A DNA stretch of 32,000 nt from Candidatus Caldatribacterium sp. SIUC1 (GCF_051549785.1 NZ_CP189974.1:1253491-1285490), one strand, 5' to 3'. Shown: positions 7,860-16,319, counted from the first letter of the stretch. The notes: generated by a model from the sequence alone, not told the origin. Numbers and translations: made by a program.

Positions 7860-8203
7860 GGAGGGAGAATGTGGAGATCGTCTACGAGAAAGACAGGGCT
7901 TTCCGTGAAGGTGACTGGGGCATCAAGTACCTCTTTCGAGGACCCCGTCTGGACTGTGGTGTGGTGTATTTGAAGCCGGGAACCAGCATGGGCGCCCATT
8001 ACCACCGAGAAGTCGAGGAAACCTTCTTTATCCTTGAAGGTCAGGGGATCCTCAAGGTCAATGGCCAGGATGTTCCTGTTGTAGCGGGAATGGCCCTTCG
8101 AGTGGAACCGGGGGAACGGCATGACCTTCTGGCCCTGGATGGGCCTTTGCGGGGAATTTTCGTGAAGGTTCCGTATCTTCCGGAGGATAAGGTATCGTGT
8201 TAG
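7853..8203 (+). CDS. Cupin domain protein
   Basis: 'GTSMGAHYHREVEETFFILEGQGILKVNGQDVPVVAGMALRVEPGERHDLLA' cupin motifs 1 and 2; GTG 7871 after GGAGGG is an alternative start. Confidence 0.85.
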   Translation: MVRRENVEIVYEKDRAFREGDWGIKYLFRGPRLDCGVVYLKPGTSMGAHYHREVEETFFILEGQGILKVNGQDVPVVAGMALRVEPGERHDLLALDGPLRGIFVKVPYLPEDKVSC

Positions 8204-9069
8204 CCTGGGAAGTCCTGCAGGAGCTCTCCGAGCGCCTGAAGTCCTGTTCCCTCTGCCCCCGGCGGTGTGGTGTTAACCGTACGAAGGGGGAACGGGGATT
8301 CTGTGGTGGGGGGATGCTTCCCCGGGTGGCGAGTTTCCATCCCCACTTTGGGGAGGAGGAAGTCCTCAGCGGGTACCGGGGTTCGGGAACCATTTTCTTT
8401 TCAGGGTGCAATATGGCCTGCGTGTACTGCCAGAACTACACGATAAGCCATTTTCGCGAGGGGATTGAGGTCACCCCCCTTGCTCTTGCTGCTATGATGC
8501 AGTCTCTGGAGCGGCAGGGGTGCCACAACATCAATCTCGTCACGCCAACACACTTTGTTCCACAGATTTTCGAGGCCGTTGACCGTGCCCGCCAGGAAGG
8601 TCTCCGCATCCCCATCGTCTACAATACCAGTGGTTACGAGGATCTTGGGGTTCTCCGGCTCCTGCGGGGTCTTGTGGATATCTATCTTCCCGATATGCGG
8701 TACGCCCGTGAAGAAAGTGCGGTACGGTATTCCCAGGCACCCCGTTACCCTGAAGTGTGCCGGGAAGCCATCCGGGAGATGTTCCTGCAGGTGGGCAATG
8801 TGGTGCTTGACGAAGAGGGTGTCGCCAGCCGAGGGCTTATCGTCCGCATTCTCATCATCCCTTCTCTTGAGGAAGAAGCCAAAGAAAATCTCCGCTTCCT
8901 TGCCACAGAGATCTCCCGGGACGTTTTCGTTACGCTTCTTCGGCAATACCGTCCTCTTTACCGGGCGCAGGACTTTCCGGAGATTGCCCGTTCTGTGAGT
9001 GACCGGACCTATCAGGAAGTTCTGGAGTACGGCAGGTCCCTGGGACTTCGTAACTTCATTCTCCAGTAG
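8197..9069 (+). CDS. Radical SAM protein, PflX-like (pyruvate formate-lyase-activating-enzyme-like)
   Basis: 'CSLCPRRCGVNRTKGERGFCG' N-terminal Cys cluster followed by radical SAM 'FSGCNMACVYCQNYTIS' CxxxCxxC. Confidence 0.85.
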   Translation: MLAWEVLQELSERLKSCSLCPRRCGVNRTKGERGFCGGGMLPRVASFHPHFGEEEVLSGYRGSGTIFFSGCNMACVYCQNYTISHFREGIEVTPLALAAMMQSLERQGCHNINLVTPTHFVPQIFEAVDRARQEGLRIPIVYNTSGYEDLGVLRLLRGLVDIYLPDMRYAREESAVRYSQAPRYPEVCREAIREMFLQVGNVVLDEEGVASRGLIVRILIIPSLEEEAKENLRFLATEISRDVFVTLLRQYRPLYRAQDFPEIARSVSDRTYQEVLEYGRSLGLRNFILQ

Positions 9070-9085
9070 AAGGGAGGATGGGAAC

Positions 9086-9607
9086 GTGAGGGAAGCTATC
9101 CTGGAAGTGGCACGACTCATGGTGATTGCGGCAAAAACGGCACCGAAGGCAGTGGGGAAAGATTTTGTGACTGTGACCATTCTTGAGGGGGAAGCAGTGC
9201 GGAAACTCGGGGAGGCCATGATCCGATACGGGGAGGAAAACGGGATCCGGGGATTTATCCGTGACGGGAAAAACGTCCTTGACTCCCAGGCAGTGGTGCT
9301 CGTGGGTCTGAAAGATGCTCAGCCTGCGGGGCTCAACTGTGGAGCGTGTGGCTTTGAACGGTGTGCGGACCTTGTTCCTGAGGAACAGAGGGAATTCAAG
9401 GGACCTCAGTGTGTCATGCGACTCCTGGACCTGGGGATTGCCCTCGGTTCGGCGGTGAAGGTAGCCTCCCTTTTAAATGTGGACAACCGCATCATGTACC
9501 GTATTGGTGTTGTGGCAAGACGGGAGGGGCTGGTGTCCGATGACGTGGTCATGGGCATTCCCCTTTCGGCGTGGGGAAAGAACATCTATTTTGACCGGAA
9601 AGAATAA
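9086..9607 (+). CDS. Ferredoxin domain-containing protein (DUF2148-like)
   Basis: 'LNCGACGFERCADL...GPQCVMRLLDLGIALGSAVKVASLLNVDNRIMYRIGVVARR...VVMGIPLSAWGKNIYFDRK'; SD GAAGGGAGG before GTG 9086; track start 8999 lies inside the preceding gene. Confidence 0.75.
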   Translation: MREAILEVARLMVIAAKTAPKAVGKDFVTVTILEGEAVRKLGEAMIRYGEENGIRGFIRDGKNVLDSQAVVLVGLKDAQPAGLNCGACGFERCADLVPEEQREFKGPQCVMRLLDLGIALGSAVKVASLLNVDNRIMYRIGVVARREGLVSDDVVMGIPLSAWGKNIYFDRKE

Positions 9608-9618
9608 GGGGTGGGGAT

Positions 9619-10440
9619 ATGCAATTTGGGTTACGCATCCAGGATATCATTGGCCTTGTCCTTGCCGTGCTCATTGTGGCCATCCTCATCAGTATTATTC
9701 TCATCATCCGAGAGAACGCCCGGGAACGAAGGCTCTGGCGGGAGGGAGAGTACGAGGAAGAGGAACCGGAAAAACCGCGCTTGCGGCGAACAGGAGCTTC
9801 CCGAAAAGAGGAAGAGCCCGAACGCGTTTTGAGGAGGCCACGCTTTGCTGTTCAGCGTGAAGCACAGAGAGAAGAGGAGGTGGCAGAAAGCGTTGAACCC
9901 CTGGAGTCTCAGGAGGCGGTTGAGACCGTCCCTTTGGAGGAAATTCGAAAGGAAGAACCAAAAGAAGAACCCAGACAGGTTGTGCTTGAGCGAGCGCTGC
10001 GAAAGCTCGAGGACCTGGGTCTAGATTTTGGAGCACTGAAGCCGGTCTTCAGTGAGGATGTCATTCACTTTTCGCCTCTTTTGTGGGAAGTCAAAGAAGA
10101 GGTGAAATCGGGCAGGGAACTCGGTGACATTGTGATCCACACCGTTTTTCGGAGTCTCCCTGGGTACTCTGCCGATGAAATCGTCGAGCGGTACCGCTCC
10201 GGGGACGTCTCAGTGGTCGAGAAGCTCGAGGCCCGGGTGAAGACCAGGGAAGGTCGAGATTACCTCATCGCCACAATGAACCTTGCCCATTTCCAGGTTC
10301 CGGAACTCGACCGCCAATTTCGCCAGGGGAATCTCCGGGAGGACGAGTACGAACTCCTTAAGGCGTTGAAGTTTGTGGACCGGGCGACCAAAAAGGACTT
10401 CGCCCGGATGGTCTATGCCCGGATCATGGACGAAGACTGA
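9619..10440 (+). CDS. Hypothetical membrane-anchored protein: single N-terminal TM, charged linker, C-terminal soluble domain
   Basis: MQFGLRIQDIIGLVLAVLIVAILISIILII TM segment, Glu/Arg-rich linker (about residues 35-120), then a folded-looking 150-aa domain; no family recognised. Confidence 0.75.
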   Translation: MQFGLRIQDIIGLVLAVLIVAILISIILIIRENARERRLWREGEYEEEEPEKPRLRRTGASRKEEEPERVLRRPRFAVQREAQREEEVAESVEPLESQEAVETVPLEEIRKEEPKEEPRQVVLERALRKLEDLGLDFGALKPVFSEDVIHFSPLLWEVKEEVKSGRELGDIVIHTVFRSLPGYSADEIVERYRSGDVSVVEKLEARVKTREGRDYLIATMNLAHFQVPELDRQFRQGNLREDEYELLKALKFVDRATKKDFARMVYARIMDED

Positions 10441-10443
10441 GAC

Positions 10444-10605
10444 GTGAGGTACCCTGTTCCATCTCGGTTCTCCTTCCAGCGTCGGAGAGGGCGAAGGTGG
10501 TGCATTCTGGTCTTTGTCCTCTTGTGCGGTCTTTTCCTGCTCTTCCTCCTCCTTGGCCTCCTTTTTCCTCTTTCTGACGTGTTTCTCCCCCTGAGTGTGC
10601 TATAA
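10444..10605 (+). CDS. Candidate 53-aa single-pass membrane protein, not in the ORF track
   Basis: Translated by hand: VRYPVPSRFSFQRRRGRRWCILVFVLLCGLFLLFLLLGLLFPLSDVFLPLSVL*; GTG starts 3 nt after the preceding stop; basic N-terminus then strongly hydrophobic helix; TAA overlaps the following TATAAT. Confidence 0.55.
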   Translation: MRYPVPSRFSFQRRRGRRWCILVFVLLCGLFLLFLLLGLLFPLSDVFLPLSVL

Positions 10606-10606
10606 T
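10594..10606 (+). promoter_or_regulatory. Extended -10 promoter element AGTGTGCTATAAT
   Basis: 13 bp identical to 3446-3458; located 34 nt upstream of the coiled-coil gene start. Confidence 0.55.
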
Positions 10607-10640
10607 TCAAGGGAAGCCCAAGAACGGAGGGGGTGTCACC

Positions 10641-13136
10641 TTGAAGAACTGGCTTGCCCTTATCGTCGCTTTTCTTGCTCTTGGCGTCTCGCTTTTTGTG
10701 ATTGTCTTTTTGACCAGTGTCTCTCGGGACGTCCGGGGTATTGCCGGAAGGATGGTAGCAGTGGAAAAAGGTCTGGAGGAAGCTCGTACAGTTCCCCAGA
10801 GCGTGGTCGAGATGGGGCAGAGGATTGCCGACCTTGAGGGGCAGCTCAAAACGGTGAAAAACCTTGAAGAGGAAATCCGTACCCTTTCTGCTACCCTGGC
10901 CGAGAAAGGCCAAACTCTTGAGGACCTTTCCCGGGCAAGAAAAGCCATGGAATCTTCTCTAGCTCGTCTTGGGGAGGATCTGAATACGTGGGCCACAAAA
11001 ATCACGGCTCTCGAAGAGACGATGAAGGAGCTGGAGGTTCTTAAGGAGTCCCTGAAGAATCTGGAGCAGAGTATTACCGCTCTGAGTATCGATGAGCGCT
11101 TCTCCGCACTTCTTGCATACTTCGAAGGGAAGGTTCGGGAACTCGAGCAGACAGTGGCAGACCTTTCGGGGAAACTGGAAACCTCCGTGGCACTCTCTCA
11201 GGAAGTGGAAGGGCTCAGGAGCACCCTTGAGGCGACTCAGAGTGATGTCCAGCGCCTCCAGGGGGAAATGCGTGAGCTCCTTGAGGAGAAGACCAGAGCG
11301 CTCCAAGATGTTGGGAAGGCGGTGGCCGCCCTTGAAGAGAAGGTCCTTGCTATGGAGCAGGGTATTGCTACCCTGAGTATCGATGAGCGCTTCTCCGCGC
11401 TTCTTCGGTACTTCGAGGGGAAAATTCAGGAAGTGCGGGATACCCTTTCTGCGCTTCAGCAAGAAGTGGCTGCCTGGAAAGAAAAGGCTGTTCCCCTTGA
11501 GGTTTTCGAGAAGGCTCTGCGGACCCTTGAGGAGAAACTCCAGTCTCTGGAGAAAGAGCTCACTGAGTATGAGAAAAGGACCGAGGAGAGCGTGGGGACC
11601 ATCCGTGAGCTTCTTGGGGAAGTCCAGCTCGCCCAGAAGGACTACGGTAGGAGGCTTGAAGAAAGCCTCCTGACCTTCTCACAGAAAATCGCCGCTCTTG
11701 AAGAGGAACTCCAGGGTCTCTCGCAGTCGGTGGCATCTTTTGAGGGAAACTTCGAGAAGGTCCAGGTGACATTTCAGGAATTCTCCCAGAGACTCAGCAG
11801 TCTCCAGGAGAAACTCTTGGGTCTTGAGAGCGGTATGGATACCTGGAAAGAAACCACCCTGCAGTCTCTCCGAAAGGAAGTCGAGGCGTTAGCTGCTGCC
11901 GTACCTTCGCCTCAGGATCTCGAGGAGGTCCGTGCCGAGGTCGTCACGCTCCTTGAGGAGCGCGAGTTGCTCAGGGCACGTCTCCAGGAGCTTCGAGCAG
12001 AGCAGGCGAATATCGTTCAGGAACTGGAGGGGAAAGGGAAAGATATTCTTGCCTTAAAGGAGAAAATCGCCACGCTCTCGGAGAAAGAAGAGGTAGCAAA
12101 CCTGAGGGCTCAGCTTGCAACGCTTTTGGGTGTCCAGGGTGACCTTGAGGATGCCCTCAGGAAGACCGAAGAGAACATGCGGGCCCTTGAGGCATCCTTG
12201 CGGGCGAAAGATGAAGAGGTTGCTGGAGCTCTTGAGAAGGTCTTTGCTCAGGTTCAGGAGCTTGCCCAGAGTCTGGAATCTTTTGGAAAACGTCTTGAGG
12301 AGGTTCACGCGCAGGGGCAAGCGCTTTCTCCGGTTCGGGAAATCCTTGCCGAGATTCAGAAGACCCTCGGGCTTTTTGAGGCTCGCCTTGCGGAAATCGA
12401 AAAGTTCAGTAAAGAGATGCTCAGAGAAGACCTAAGGACCAGGGTCCAGACCATAGAGGGTGAAATTGCGACCTTGCGGGGAGAGCTGGGAAAGGTTGCC
12501 GAAGAGTCACGAGCCTCCATTCCAGAGTTGCAGACCATTCGAAGGCTTCTCGAAAACCTTGAGAAGGACAAAGCCTCTCTTGAGGAACGCATCAAAGAAC
12601 TCTACAGCCTCCTTGAGAGTGGCAAGAAGCGTGAGGAAGTCGAGAAAGACATCGAGTCGTTGATCAAGGAGAAGGAAGCTCTGCAGGAAGACATCAAGCG
12701 TTTTGCCCAGGAGCGGATGGACCTTGAGGGAGAGCTTGGTCGCAAAAAGGAAGAGCTTGCCCGTATTGACCGGGAACTTGAGGTTTTGCGGACTCAAAAG
12801 GGTTCGGCAGAACGTATCCAGGAGCTTGAGAAAGAGCGAAAGAGAGCCGAGGAGGAAATCGGCAGGCTCCAGCAGGAGCTCAAGGACAAAGAAGACCAGA
12901 TTGAGGTTCTGCAGCGGAGGAATGAGGAGCTGTCTGCTCAGCTTGAGGAGGCAAAAAAGTTCACCTCTTACGTCATCCTGCCCTGGGACAGTCTCTGGAA
13001 GATTGCTCGCCGGTATTACCGGGATGGTCGGAAATGGACAATCATCTGGGAAGCCAACCGGGAAAAGATTCCCGATCCTGAGAAACTCCAGCCCTATGTT
13101 GAGATTCGCATTCCTCGTGTTCCTGAGAATTCCTGA
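10641..13136 (+). CDS. Long coiled-coil membrane-anchored protein with C-terminal LysM-like domain
   Basis: 831 aa; TTG start after GGAGGGGG SD; N-terminal TM 'WLALIVAFLALGVSLFVIVFLTS'; heptad-rich Glu/Leu/Lys repeats throughout; C-terminal 'YVILPWDSLWKIARRYYRDGRKWTIIWEANREKIPDPEKLQPYVEIRIPR'. Confidence 0.85.
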   Translation: MKNWLALIVAFLALGVSLFVIVFLTSVSRDVRGIAGRMVAVEKGLEEARTVPQSVVEMGQRIADLEGQLKTVKNLEEEIRTLSATLAEKGQTLEDLSRARKAMESSLARLGEDLNTWATKITALEETMKELEVLKESLKNLEQSITALSIDERFSALLAYFEGKVRELEQTVADLSGKLETSVALSQEVEGLRSTLEATQSDVQRLQGEMRELLEEKTRALQDVGKAVAALEEKVLAMEQGIATLSIDERFSALLRYFEGKIQEVRDTLSALQQEVAAWKEKAVPLEVFEKALRTLEEKLQSLEKELTEYEKRTEESVGTIRELLGEVQLAQKDYGRRLEESLLTFSQKIAALEEELQGLSQSVASFEGNFEKVQVTFQEFSQRLSSLQEKLLGLESGMDTWKETTLQSLRKEVEALAAAVPSPQDLEEVRAEVVTLLEERELLRARLQELRAEQANIVQELEGKGKDILALKEKIATLSEKEEVANLRAQLATLLGVQGDLEDALRKTEENMRALEASLRAKDEEVAGALEKVFAQVQELAQSLESFGKRLEEVHAQGQALSPVREILAEIQKTLGLFEARLAEIEKFSKEMLREDLRTRVQTIEGEIATLRGELGKVAEESRASIPELQTIRRLLENLEKDKASLEERIKELYSLLESGKKREEVEKDIESLIKEKEALQEDIKRFAQERMDLEGELGRKKEELARIDRELEVLRTQKGSAERIQELEKERKRAEEEIGRLQQELKDKEDQIEVLQRRNEELSAQLEEAKKFTSYVILPWDSLWKIARRYYRDGRKWTIIWEANREKIPDPEKLQPYVEIRIPRVPENS
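11061..11430 (+). repeat. Intragenic near-identical segment repeated at 291-bp (97-codon) offset
   Basis: ctgagtatcgatgagcgcttctccgc(a/g)cttctt...tacttcga(a/g)gg(g)aa at about 11082 and again at about 11373; encodes 'SIDERFSALLAYFEGKV' and 'SIDERFSALLRYFEGKI'. Confidence 0.8.
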
Positions 13137-13160
13137 GGAAAGGGGCGAGCCAAAGGGGGA

Positions 13161-13682
13161 ATGTCTATGGACCTTTCTGAAGTCATTGCCACGCGCAGGA
13201 GCATTCGAAAGTTTCGAGCAGAAGATGTTGCCGACGAAGACGTGAAAGAGATTCTCGAGGCTGCCCGTCTTGCGCCCTCGGCTAACAATCTACAACCGTG
13301 GAAGTTCATCGTGGTGCGGAATGAAAAAAAGCGCCGCCTCATTGCGCAGGCCTGCTTTGGGCAGGAGTTCATTGGAGAGGCCCCAGTGGTGATTGTGGCC
13401 TGCGCCACGGGAAGAGGGGGGTGCATTGGGGGGTATATGGAGAGCTGGCCCGTTGACGTGGCCATTGCGATGACGCATCTTGTGCTTGCAGCCTGGGCAA
13501 AAGGGCTGGGTACCTGCTGGATTGGGGCCTTTGACGAGGACCGCATTAAGGAGATTTGCCAGATTCCTCCCGAGATTCGGGTCGTTGCCGTGACCCCTCT
13601 GGGATATCCGGTGAAAATTCCCCAGGCGACGACTCGCCGACCCCTCGAGAAGATTTACTGTGAGGACGTCTTTGTCGAGTGA
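13161..13682 (+). CDS. Nitroreductase family protein
   Basis: 'SEVIATRRSIRKFRAEDVADEDVKEILEAARLAPSANNLQPWKFIVVRNE...LVLAAWAKGLGTCWIGAFDEDRI...VVAVTPLGYPVK'. Confidence 0.9.
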   Translation: MSMDLSEVIATRRSIRKFRAEDVADEDVKEILEAARLAPSANNLQPWKFIVVRNEKKRRLIAQACFGQEFIGEAPVVIVACATGRGGCIGGYMESWPVDVAIAMTHLVLAAWAKGLGTCWIGAFDEDRIKEICQIPPEIRVVAVTPLGYPVKIPQATTRRPLEKIYCEDVFVE

Positions 13683-13694
13683 CGGTGATGGATT

Positions 13695-13922
13695 TTGGGC
13701 GTGCTGCATCTTGAGATTGACGACATTGTGACCCTGAAGAAGGCCCATCCCTGTGGAAGCCAGAAGTGGCGCATTGTGCGTCTTGGGGTGGATATTGGCA
13801 TAAAGTGCCTGGGTTGTGGGCGCTTTGTGATGATTCCCCGGAGAAAACTCGAAGGGAAAATCCGAGAGATTTACCGCCAGGGCCGCTGTCTCAAGCCGAA
13901 AGAGTGTATCATTGAGGTGTGA
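13695..13922 (+). CDS. DUF951 family protein
   Basis: 'IDDIVTLKKAHPCGSQKWRIVRLGVDIGIKCLGCGRFVMIPRRKLEGKI' is the DUF951 signature; adjacent to ychF. Confidence 0.85.
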   Translation: MGVLHLEIDDIVTLKKAHPCGSQKWRIVRLGVDIGIKCLGCGRFVMIPRRKLEGKIREIYRQGRCLKPKECIIEV

Positions 13923-13923
13923 G

Positions 13924-15021
13924 ATGGGGCTTCAGGTTGGGATTGTGGGGCTACCGAATTCGGGAAAGACGACGCTCTTCAACCTCCTCACGGGGGGTCA
14001 TGCAGAGGTTGCAGGACACCCCTTTTCCACCGTTTCCCCCAACCGGGGTGTGGTGGCGGTCCCTGACAGGCGGCTCGAGGTGCTGGCCCGTCTTCTCCAT
14101 CCGCCCCAAGTCGTTCCGGCGACCATAGAATTCGTTGACGTGGCAGGGCTTGTGGAGGGAGCAAGTAAAGGAGAGGGACTGGGAAACCGGTTCCTCAGCC
14201 ATATACGGGCAGTGGATGCTGTGGTCGAGGTGCTCCGTTTCTTTCAGGACAGAAGCGTTCCCCACGTCGCGGGGGATATCGACCCGCTTCGAGACCGGGA
14301 TATTGTGGATACGGAACTCCTTCTTGCGGACCTCGAGGTTGTGGAACGACGCCTTGAGAAACTCCGGGAGCTTTTACGGAAGACGAAGGACGAGTACCTG
14401 AGGGAAGAGAAAGAAGTTCTGGAACAGTGCTTTGCGGCGCTTTCTCAGGGTATTCCCGTGCGAGCGGTGGATTTCCCGCCCAGTGCGCGGGAAATCTTAA
14501 AACCCTATCAGCTGATCACAGCCAAGCCCCTGCTTTACGTGGCCAACCTCGATGAAGAGGAGTCCTCTCGTCGCCTCTTTGAAGAGGTACGAAAACGCTT
14601 CGAAGAGGAAGGGCTTCCACTCCTTCCGGTCTGGGCCAAACTTGAGGCAGAGCTTTCCGAGCTTGAAGAAGAAGAGCAGAAAGCCTTTTTTGCAGCATTT
14701 GGCATTCCCGGTCTGGGGTTTGTCCGTCTTGTGGAGGAAGCGTACCGGCTGCTTGATCTCATCACCTTTTACACGTATGGTGAGAAAGAACTCCGGGCAC
14801 GGGAGCTCCCTCGGGGTACCAAGGCTCCCCAGGCTGCCGGAAAGGTCCACACGGACATGGAACGGGGATTCATTAGGGCCGAGGTCGTTCATTTTGAGGA
14901 CCTCGTGGCCTGTGGGTCCTTCGAGCGGGCCCGTCAGGAAGGGCGTATCCGCCTGGAAGGGAGAGAGTACGAGATTCAGGATGGGGATATCGTGTATTTC
15001 CGGTTCACCTCCCCTCGCTGA
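13924..15021 (+). CDS. ychF: Redox-regulated/ribosome-binding ATPase YchF (Obg family)
   Basis: 'VGIVGLPNSGKTTLFNLLTG...FVDVAGLVEGASKGEGLGNRFLSHIRAVDAVVEVLR' and C-terminal TGS domain 'ELRARELPRGTKAPQAAGKVHTDMERGFIRAEVVHFEDLV'. Confidence 0.95.
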   Translation: MGLQVGIVGLPNSGKTTLFNLLTGGHAEVAGHPFSTVSPNRGVVAVPDRRLEVLARLLHPPQVVPATIEFVDVAGLVEGASKGEGLGNRFLSHIRAVDAVVEVLRFFQDRSVPHVAGDIDPLRDRDIVDTELLLADLEVVERRLEKLRELLRKTKDEYLREEKEVLEQCFAALSQGIPVRAVDFPPSAREILKPYQLITAKPLLYVANLDEEESSRRLFEEVRKRFEEEGLPLLPVWAKLEAELSELEEEEQKAFFAAFGIPGLGFVRLVEEAYRLLDLITFYTYGEKELRARELPRGTKAPQAAGKVHTDMERGFIRAEVVHFEDLVACGSFERARQEGRIRLEGREYEIQDGDIVYFRFTSPR

Positions 15022-16219
15022 GGCGGAATTCTCGGGCCATCCGTTCCTGGGTTTGCCACTGTCCTCTGAGCTTCCCCTCCTGGGCGAGTTTCCCCAGGAA
15101 TTGCCTCATCCATCGAGGAATAGGGGTACCGGTTCTCTCTCCCCAGGGAGTTCCGGGAAGGGGCAAAAAGGTGTGGGCGTGAACAATGGCCCCAAGACGA
15201 ACGAGCTTCTCAATGAACCCTGCGGTGGTGCGAAGGTCTTCCTCGGTCTCTTCGGGGCATCCGAAAATGAAATCCACGTACACCTGAAATCCCAGGCGGA
15301 TGCTCGTCTCGCAAGCTGAGAAAACGTCTTCAGGGGTGTGCCCCCGACCCATGAGGCTCAGGAGCCTCTGGCTTCCTGACTGTGCTCCGACGACAATGCT
15401 CCGGTTGTCTGCGTACTGGCGGACAAGGTGGAGAATCTCCTCCGAGACGAACTCTGGACGGACTTCGGATGGGAAGGAACCGAAGAATATCCTCCCCCTC
15501 CGACCGAGGAGTTTGCGAAGGCTCCCGAGAAGGCTTTCCAGAGCTTCGATATTCGGCCTTTGCCCATCCGGGGACCCATAGGCGAAGGCGTTGGGGGTCA
15601 CGAAGCGAAGGTCGATGCTCTCGCGGTGGCGCATCATGCCGCGGACATGCTCGAGAATGGACTCAAGGCTTCGGTGCCGCATGGCTCGCCCAAAAATCGC
15701 AGGGGTCTGACAGAAGGCGCACCCGAACGGACATCCCCGGCTGATCTCGATTGGTCCCAGGAAGCCCAAGTGGTACGGGAACGAGGGAAAACGGTCAAGG
15801 TGTGCCTTCTCACCCTTGATGGTCTGGGGTGAGGAAGGGAGGGTGCCCTCAAGGAACGCCTGGACAATGGTGAGGAAGGTTCCTTCTCCTTCCCCCTGCA
15901 CGAGGAAGGTACTCCAGGGAGCAAAATCCTGAGGGAGAGCCGTTGCGTGGGGACCACCGCAGCAGGTGAAGGCGTTAGGATGGCGAAGGAAATCCCGCAA
16001 AAGACGCTGACGACGTTCCTTTTCAGGCGTCATGCTGGAGAGGACAAGGAGAGACACTCCGGACTGGTGTACAAAAGCGGAGAGCACTTCTTCCTCGGTG
16101 GTGCACAGCACCACGCGGGTTCTCTCCCAAAGAGAAGAAGAAGACAGCGCTCCCAGAAGGGCGTTCATGCTCAACCTGTTTTTGGGGCTGTAGAGGAAAA
16201 GCAGCGTTTTCTCTACCAT
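15005..16219 (-). CDS. B12-binding-domain-type radical SAM protein
   Basis: 'GFLGPIEISRGCPFGCAFCQTPAIFG' CxxxCxxC and 'YVDFIFGCPEETEEDLRTTAGFIEKL...HTFLPLPGTPW'; N-terminal Rossmann-like region with 'CCGGPHATALPQD'. Start chosen as ATG 16219 (track 16249). Confidence 0.85.
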   Translation of the reverse strand: MVEKTLLFLYSPKNRLSMNALLGALSSSSLWERTRVVLCTTEEEVLSAFVHQSGVSLLVLSSMTPEKERRQRLLRDFLRHPNAFTCCGGPHATALPQDFAPWSTFLVQGEGEGTFLTIVQAFLEGTLPSSPQTIKGEKAHLDRFPSFPYHLGFLGPIEISRGCPFGCAFCQTPAIFGRAMRHRSLESILEHVRGMMRHRESIDLRFVTPNAFAYGSPDGQRPNIEALESLLGSLRKLLGRRGRIFFGSFPSEVRPEFVSEEILHLVRQYADNRSIVVGAQSGSQRLLSLMGRGHTPEDVFSACETSIRLGFQVYVDFIFGCPEETEEDLRTTAGFIEKLVRLGAIVHAHTFLPLPGTPWGERTGTPIPRWMRQFLGKLAQEGKLRGQWQTQERMAREFRLSEGR

Positions 16220-16228
16220 ACGCCCTTT

Positions 16229-16257
16229 ATTGTAAATCCCGGGAAGCAAAAAGCAAA
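16229..16257 (-). promoter_or_regulatory. Candidate minus-strand promoter TTTGCT-17 nt-TACAAT
   Basis: Minus-strand -35 at 16257-16252, spacer 17 nt, -10 at 16234-16229, 9 nt before ATG 16219. Confidence 0.4.
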
Positions 16258-16272
16258 GGCTTTTCGAAGTTA

Positions 16273-16281
16273 TGATACAAT
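16273..16281 (+). promoter_or_regulatory. Candidate plus-strand extended -10 (TGATACAAT)
   Basis: TGn-TACAAT at 16273-16281, overlapping the track start codon at 16272. Confidence 0.45.
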
Positions 16282-16319
16282 GGGGCAGAATCGGAGAAGC
16301 AAAGGGGGACAGGGCATTC

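Noticed and set aside
10641-13136. Internal direct repeats considered as a mobile element or CRISPR-like array
   Set aside because: The repeats are in frame within a coiled-coil gene, only two strong copies, no spacers or terminal inverted repeats.
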